Source: Oligoflexales bacterium (GTDB lineage Bacteria; Bdellovibrionota_B; Oligoflexia; Oligoflexales; Bog-1112). Taken from it: a stretch of 11,802 nucleotides of DNA. The notes under the pieces are model-generated. The model did no database searches. It saw only the letters and a list, made by a program, of their open reading frames with translations, and was not told where the DNA came from. Both the position numbers and the translations under genes were made by a program. Of this stretch, positions 7,184 to 11,802 are shown piece after piece (position 1 is the stretch's first letter; the number at the start of each line of letters is the position of its first letter). The stretch spans positions 1 through 11,802 of the forward strand of contig JBGCDR010000217.1 of the NCBI GenBank assembly GCA_045105515.1, read 5' to 3'.

Positions 7184-8767
7184 ATGGATTGGATAAATAA
7201 TCATATTATAACTATAAGCATCACAATTGCATTGATAACATCATTACTTTGTATAGCTGCTCCAAGCTCATTTATAGCTCTTAGAATTAGCCTTGTAGGT
7301 TCCGCAGCATGTTTTTTCTCAGCACTACATATCTGGTACCATTATCAAGCATCATTGGGAAGTATCCAATTTAATGAGTCCTATGAATGGATAGGACTAT
7401 TTGGCATTAGCTATCAGGTGGGAGTGGATGGACTAAACCTTCTATTCATAGTTTTATCAACTTTCTTAACACCTATTGTCATTCTTAGTTTGTGGGACAA
7501 GCAAATTAAGAATAAAAAAATCTTGCTAAGCTTGGTGATGTTTCTAGAAGCTTCCATTTTAGGAGCACTAGCAGCTCTAGATTTGTTCTTTTTTTATTTT
7601 TGTTGGGAAGTCATGATCATCCCCGTATACTTAATCATTGGTTTCTGGGGTGGAAAGAAACGGTTTCAAACTAGTAAAAAATTAATACTCTGTAATGCAT
7701 GCGGATCTATTTTTATGTTTGTCGGCATCATTGCTCTCTATATAAAACATACTGGAGAATTCGGGTTTTATAGTGCCAGCTTGATAGATTTATTGAAAAT
7801 TAATTCTCTAGATTTAAGCACTCAGAAGTGGTTGTTTGCTGCCTTTACTTTTGCTTTTGCTGTGAGAATCCCGGTATGGCCCCTCCACACATGGCTAGTC
7901 TCAGCATACTCACAAGCACCCTTTTTTGGCTCCATCATTCTTTCGGGAGTAGTTCTTAAAATAGCCTGCTACGGATTCTTAAGATTTGTAATCCCCTTAT
8001 TTCCTGAAGCATTTACTTTTTTTGCACCCTCGACATTAATTCTGGCGATAATTGGATTTATCTTTGTAGCACTAGCTGCTTGGAAACAAGAAGATATTAA
8101 GAAGCTAGTAGCATATGCATCAATTTCACATTTGAGTCTCGCTTTTGTCGGCTGTGTGCTTATCAATGGATGTGATATGTCTCCAGAAGCCTTAATGGGT
8201 GCAGTATACAGAATCATAAGTCATGGGATTTCATTTAGTGCACTTTTTATTATTCTATCCAACCTTTACGGTAAAAAATTGAGCTCAAAAACGAATTCCT
8301 GTGAAAAATCACAAAGACTAAATCGCTATTTAAAAGTGGCCGTTATGTTGATCACCCTCGATTGCATGGGAATTCCTGGAACCGGAGGCTTTATTAGTCA
8401 ATTTCTAATATTAAAAGAAATATACACAAGCAGTGGAGTCACAGGAACATTTATAAGCTTAGGTGTTCTTGCTAGTGCTGCTCATATGTTTAAAATCTAT
8501 AAAAAACTACTTAATTCAAAAAATCAAGCTCACACAAACTTAGTTGAGCTATCGATTAGAGAGAAACTACTCTCTATGTCGCTCATCTGTATAGCTCTAG
8601 CTATGGGAATCTATCCTGAGTTAATATTTTCAAAAGTGAGGCCGACCATTGAACATTTTGCGAATAACTATCAGACTTACCTGCTAAGAACAGAAAACGA
8701 ATTAACTAGAGTTCCTAAGCATATAAAAATGGATATTTATACATCTCTTATAAAGGGAGAAAAATAG
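7184..8767 (+). CDS. nuoM: NADH-quinone oxidoreductase subunit M (divergent)
   Basis: GVDGL, DLFFFYFCWEVMIIPVYLIIGFWGG, FAVRIPVWPLHTWL, LKIACYGFLRF, DIKKLVAYASISH, SHG, GIPGTGGF and MGIYP. Confidence 0.93.
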   Translation: MDWINNHIITISITIALITSLLCIAAPSSFIALRISLVGSAACFFSALHIWYHYQASLGSIQFNESYEWIGLFGISYQVGVDGLNLLFIVLSTFLTPIVILSLWDKQIKNKKILLSLVMFLEASILGALAALDLFFFYFCWEVMIIPVYLIIGFWGGKKRFQTSKKLILCNACGSIFMFVGIIALYIKHTGEFGFYSASLIDLLKINSLDLSTQKWLFAAFTFAFAVRIPVWPLHTWLVSAYSQAPFFGSIILSGVVLKIACYGFLRFVIPLFPEAFTFFAPSTLILAIIGFIFVALAAWKQEDIKKLVAYASISHLSLAFVGCVLINGCDMSPEALMGAVYRIISHGISFSALFIILSNLYGKKLSSKTNSCEKSQRLNRYLKVAVMLITLDCMGIPGTGGFISQFLILKEIYTSSGVTGTFISLGVLASAAHMFKIYKKLLNSKNQAHTNLVELSIREKLLSMSLICIALAMGIYPELIFSKVRPTIEHFANNYQTYLLRTENELTRVPKHIKMDIYTSLIKGEK

Positions 8768-8768
8768 C

Positions 8769-10235
8769 TTGAATTTCATACCACAGATCCACCAAGAATT
8801 CATTGATGAATATTTATCTGTATTAGTTCTTTCAATCGGATCTATGATAAATATATTAATCTCTTACAATAAAGATCTAGCAGAGAATACAATATCTAAA
8901 ACCATCTTGTTTTCTTCACTTGGATTCGCTCTGTTCTTTTGTCTACATGGAAGCCTTGGAAATCTATTAGAATACTCTGCCTTCACAAGTCTAATACAAT
9001 GCTTATTAATTACTACAACTCTTACTCTATGTTTCCTAGCATCAAGCTCCCATTTAGATTTATATATCTTTAAATATGATGTTGTTAGTTTACTACTCTT
9101 ATCTCTAGTAGGAATGATAGTTCTAGCCACGACCGATGACCTATTTACAATGTTTTTAGGAATGGAGCTTAGCTTATTAGCACTTTGCGCTCTTTCCGGG
9201 AATATTCGACCAAACCGATTTAACCAAGAAGGGGCTCTAAAGTTTTTTATCCTCGGAAGTTTCGCAAGTTCGATATTTATTTTTGGCTTAGCAATGGTGT
9301 ACGCAAGTACTGGAGAGATACACCTGAATACATTGATTAAGTCCTTAAATGGAACTTCTCAACTAGTTTTATGGGCACGCATGGGCCTTGTAGCTATGAT
9401 CGTAGGCCTCGCTTTTATACTCAATCTTTTTCCTTTTCAACTGTGGGCAGCAGATACTTATGAAGCCTCACCAACAATCATAAGTGCCTATTTATTTATT
9501 TCCTTTAAAGTAATAATTATAAGCAAATTTATTAAGATTTTTGGACTTGGCATGTCTGATTTAGAATCACCGTGGCTACAGATAATGATGCTTTTGGCTG
9601 GAATGTCCCTCATTTTTGGAACTCTACTGTCTCTGGTGCAGACCAATATTAAACGTCTCTTGGCTTACGCAGGTATCAGCCAGGGTGGATATTTAACAAT
9701 GGCAGCAGGGGCATTGTCAACTACAAGGTCTCATGCTAGCGAGTCAATATTGTTTTATCTCATAACATATACCGTGACTTCTATTCTTGCATTTGGGATT
9801 CTGATGAGGTTGGAATCCGAGCAAAAGCAAAATCTCTGCATAGATGACCTGCGAGGCTTAGCTCACACTAAACCTTGGTATGCTCTGGGTTTAACAATCG
9901 CTCTTTTTAGTTTTGCAGGAATCCCACCTACAGCAGGATTTATAGCTAAGTTTATGCTTTTCTCCTCTGCGCTACAAAATCAACAGCAGGTAATTCTTGT
10001 GGTGCTTGCTGCAATTTGTAACGCCATAGCACTATTTGTCTACCTCCGCATTGTCGCTTATATGTATATGCAATATGAACCTAATGGTAAGTTGCTCAAA
10101 TCGAAACTCTTTTTGCTACCAAGTATGATCCTAGTTTTAGCTAGCTTTGCCACGATCCTTCTTGGTACCCTGCTTCCCGGTAAAACCTTTGAATTTATCG
10201 TACCTATGTTAGAATCGAAGCATAGTAATCCTTAA
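8769..10235 (+). CDS. nuoN: NADH-quinone oxidoreductase subunit N (divergent)
   Basis: DLFTMFLGMEL, EGALKFFILGSFAS, PFQLWAADTYEASP, QTNIKRLLAY, SFAGIPPTAGFIAKF and YLRIV. TTG start 1 bp after the nuoM stop, with SD GGGAG upstream. Confidence 0.93.
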   Translation: MNFIPQIHQEFIDEYLSVLVLSIGSMINILISYNKDLAENTISKTILFSSLGFALFFCLHGSLGNLLEYSAFTSLIQCLLITTTLTLCFLASSSHLDLYIFKYDVVSLLLLSLVGMIVLATTDDLFTMFLGMELSLLALCALSGNIRPNRFNQEGALKFFILGSFASSIFIFGLAMVYASTGEIHLNTLIKSLNGTSQLVLWARMGLVAMIVGLAFILNLFPFQLWAADTYEASPTIISAYLFISFKVIIISKFIKIFGLGMSDLESPWLQIMMLLAGMSLIFGTLLSLVQTNIKRLLAYAGISQGGYLTMAAGALSTTRSHASESILFYLITYTVTSILAFGILMRLESEQKQNLCIDDLRGLAHTKPWYALGLTIALFSFAGIPPTAGFIAKFMLFSSALQNQQQVILVVLAAICNAIALFVYLRIVAYMYMQYEPNGKLLKSKLFLLPSMILVLASFATILLGTLLPGKTFEFIVPMLESKHSNP

Positions 10236-10253
10236 TATCCAATGGTAAATTCC

Positions 10254-11081
10254 ATGTATCCAATACTATTCGAATGGAATGGGTTCATTATCCCTGCATG
10301 GCATTTCTTCTATATGCTAGCTGCAATAGCTGGATTATTTTTTCTCTTTCATATAAACCTAAAATGGAACATCGAACTAAATCCCAAGCACCTATCTGGA
10401 CTCTATGCATGTTCTTACATAGGTGGTTATTTTGGTGCCCGCGCACTGTCAATATACATCGATGAATGGAATAAGGTCATAGACTATTCCGATATTTTTT
10501 GGCTGCTATTTTCCTTTGGTCCAATGACTTTTTATGGAGGGATGTTTGGTGCTAGCGCAGGAGCAATCCTGTTTGCTAATATTAAAGGAATTCATAAATT
10601 AAAGATTCTTGATCTAGGCATACCATGCGGATTACTTGGGCTTTGCATTGGCCGAATTGGATGCTTTTTAAATGGAGATGATTACGGCATTGCAATTTCC
10701 GAAATGATGACAGGTCAAACTCCATGGTGGGCCGTGACCTTTTCTAACCATTACGATAAAATTCCCAGGGTTCCTATCCAGATCATTGAAAGCTCATTGG
10801 TATTTATTCTTGTGATATCAACTTATGTTTTAAAAAATAGATTTGCAAATAAATTTTCATCAGGACTTTGCGGTTACATTTTGATAATTTCATATGCTCT
10901 AATTAGATTTTTATTAGAGTATTTCCGAGGTGATTTGAGGGGATGGGTGATCGAGGGTCACCTCAGCTCCTCTCAATTTATAAGCCTAGCTATCGTCACA
11001 ACACTAGGCCCAATTTTTATTTTCTTCAAACGAAAAAGAAAGAATTATAGATCACAAATGCCTGGCTCGTCGCAGCCATAA
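10254..11081 (+). CDS. lgt: Prolipoprotein diacylglyceryl transferase family protein
   Basis: MYPILF N-terminus, FGAR, MTFYGG, IGRIGCFLNGDDYG, PIQIIES, YALIRFLLEYFRGD and SSSQFIS. The ATG at 10242 is an alternative start. Confidence 0.9.
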   Translation: MYPILFEWNGFIIPAWHFFYMLAAIAGLFFLFHINLKWNIELNPKHLSGLYACSYIGGYFGARALSIYIDEWNKVIDYSDIFWLLFSFGPMTFYGGMFGASAGAILFANIKGIHKLKILDLGIPCGLLGLCIGRIGCFLNGDDYGIAISEMMTGQTPWWAVTFSNHYDKIPRVPIQIIESSLVFILVISTYVLKNRFANKFSSGLCGYILIISYALIRFLLEYFRGDLRGWVIEGHLSSSQFISLAIVTTLGPIFIFFKRKRKNYRSQMPGSSQP

Positions 11082-11572
11082 CCATCATCTTCTTCAATAG
11101 GTTCTCCATTTTTTGAGAAGAACAGACCTTGGATTGAGCCAAGACCAACACACCATCCTGAATATCTTGTCACACCAACAGACAGCTTCATATCTAGGGT
11201 TGGATTGATACTTGCGCCTACATCAATCGTTCCTCCAACTGCATCTCCGAGCATAAGACCAACTTCAGCTTTTCCCATTACGGAAAGAAACTCTTCTAGG
11301 CTAAACCCAACACCGGCAGCTTCTACAGTACCCTCAGCTCTACAAACTCCAAGTTTTGCGCCCAGGCCAGCCATATGCACATCTAGGTCGCGTGTATATG
11401 AATTACCAACTACATCTTCACAAGTTACAACTGCATCACCTTTTCCAAACTCAGCAACTATAGCTACGGATTTTACATTGTAGTCCATTGAACAGTGGAC
11501 AAGTGCAGCCTGTGATTGCGCAGCTGCCATTAAACCAGCAGACATTAGCAATGAAGATAATACCTTTTTCAT
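11045..11572 (-). CDS. Hypothetical secreted protein (Sec signal peptide, 6 Cys, Gly-rich beta-type body, acidic tail)
   Basis: SD GGAGGT 4 nt before the ATG at 11572. MKKVLSSLLMSAGLMAAAQSQA is a typical signal peptide ending in SQA. The ORF is 175 aa. Confidence 0.8.
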   Translation of the reverse strand: MKKVLSSLLMSAGLMAAAQSQAALVHCSMDYNVKSVAIVAEFGKGDAVVTCEDVVGNSYTRDLDVHMAGLGAKLGVCRAEGTVEAAGVGFSLEEFLSVMGKAEVGLMLGDAVGGTIDVGASINPTLDMKLSVGVTRYSGWCVGLGSIQGLFFSKNGEPIEEDDGYGCDEPGICDL

Positions 11573-11705
11573 ACCTACCTCCAAAAAATAATTGTTAATT
11601 TTCATAGATACTTTAAGATGAGGACTATCTCAATTACAACTTAAAAGAGCTTTAGTGATAGAACAGAGTTGTCTAACAATTGATAAAACCCTTTGGTAGC
11701 TTAAT

Positions 11706-11801
11706 TTATGTTATTTTATAGTTCCAAAGACCTGCTGCTGCGTAACCTATTTCATCACGAAGCTTATCAATTCTGACTCTTAACTTTGAAGAAGCTGCGT
11801 T
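11706..11801 (-). CDS. Possible 3' end of a gene entering from the right edge
   Basis: Open frame from the window edge, NAASSKLRVRIDKLRDEIGYAAAGLWNYKIT*, ending about 130 bp upstream of the secreted-protein gene. Confidence 0.4.
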   Translation of the reverse strand, partial: NAASSKLRVRIDKLRDEIGYAAAGLWNYKIT

Positions 11802-11802
11802 G

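Noticed and set aside
6220..8401. Idea that CAA is recoded to Glu, explaining the four E-to-Q changes
   Set aside because: CAA encodes conserved Gln elsewhere in the window (SodB NNAAQ, Top6B RGQQG), and conserved Glu residues use GAA/GAG (NuoM E142, NuoN E133).
5580..10235. Mrp Na+/H+ antiporter or hydrogenase (Hyf/Ech/Mbh) membrane module
   Set aside because: The J-K-L-M-N gene order and subunit-specific motifs match Nuo. No MrpE/F/G or hydrogenase subunits are present in the window.
5580..11081. Apparently lower GC in the nuo-lgt block as evidence of horizontal transfer
   Set aside because: This was judged only by eye. It can be explained by Ile/Phe/Leu-rich membrane proteins and faster divergence, and no integrase, IS or flanking repeats are seen.
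714..11483. Short alternative ORFs (714-905, 832-1017, 2378-2563, 3960-4199, 4583-4870, 5327-5587, 7969-8217, 8864-9130, 10274-10465, 11205-11483)
   Set aside because: They overlap well-supported genes in antisense or alternative frames and have no recognisable motifs or convincing ribosome-binding sites.

Overview
Bacterial chromosomal window, probably from a Bdellovibrionota/Oligoflexia-like lineage (inferred from gene content, not proven). Left to right: an archaeal-type DNA topoisomerase VI operon (top6B-top6A, minus strand) whose B subunit ends in an acidic patch and a ~140-aa histone-H1-like Lys-rich repeat tail; divergent Fe-superoxide dismutase sodB; convergent gpsA; a divergent stand-alone nuoJ-K-L-M-N complex I membrane-arm cluster followed by lgt; and a convergent Cys-containing secreted protein. 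The standout is the nuo cluster. All frames are open and tightly coupled, but NuoL is an in-frame mini version (N-terminal ~5 TMs joined to the C-terminal lateral helix and last TM). Many of the charged residues of the proton-pumping axis are also neutralised: NuoK E36Q and E72Q, NuoL E144Q, NuoM E407Q and K234R, NuoN K217I and H224Q (E. coli numbering, from recalled motifs). This suggests an uncoupled, reduced-stoichiometry or repurposed complex I membrane module.
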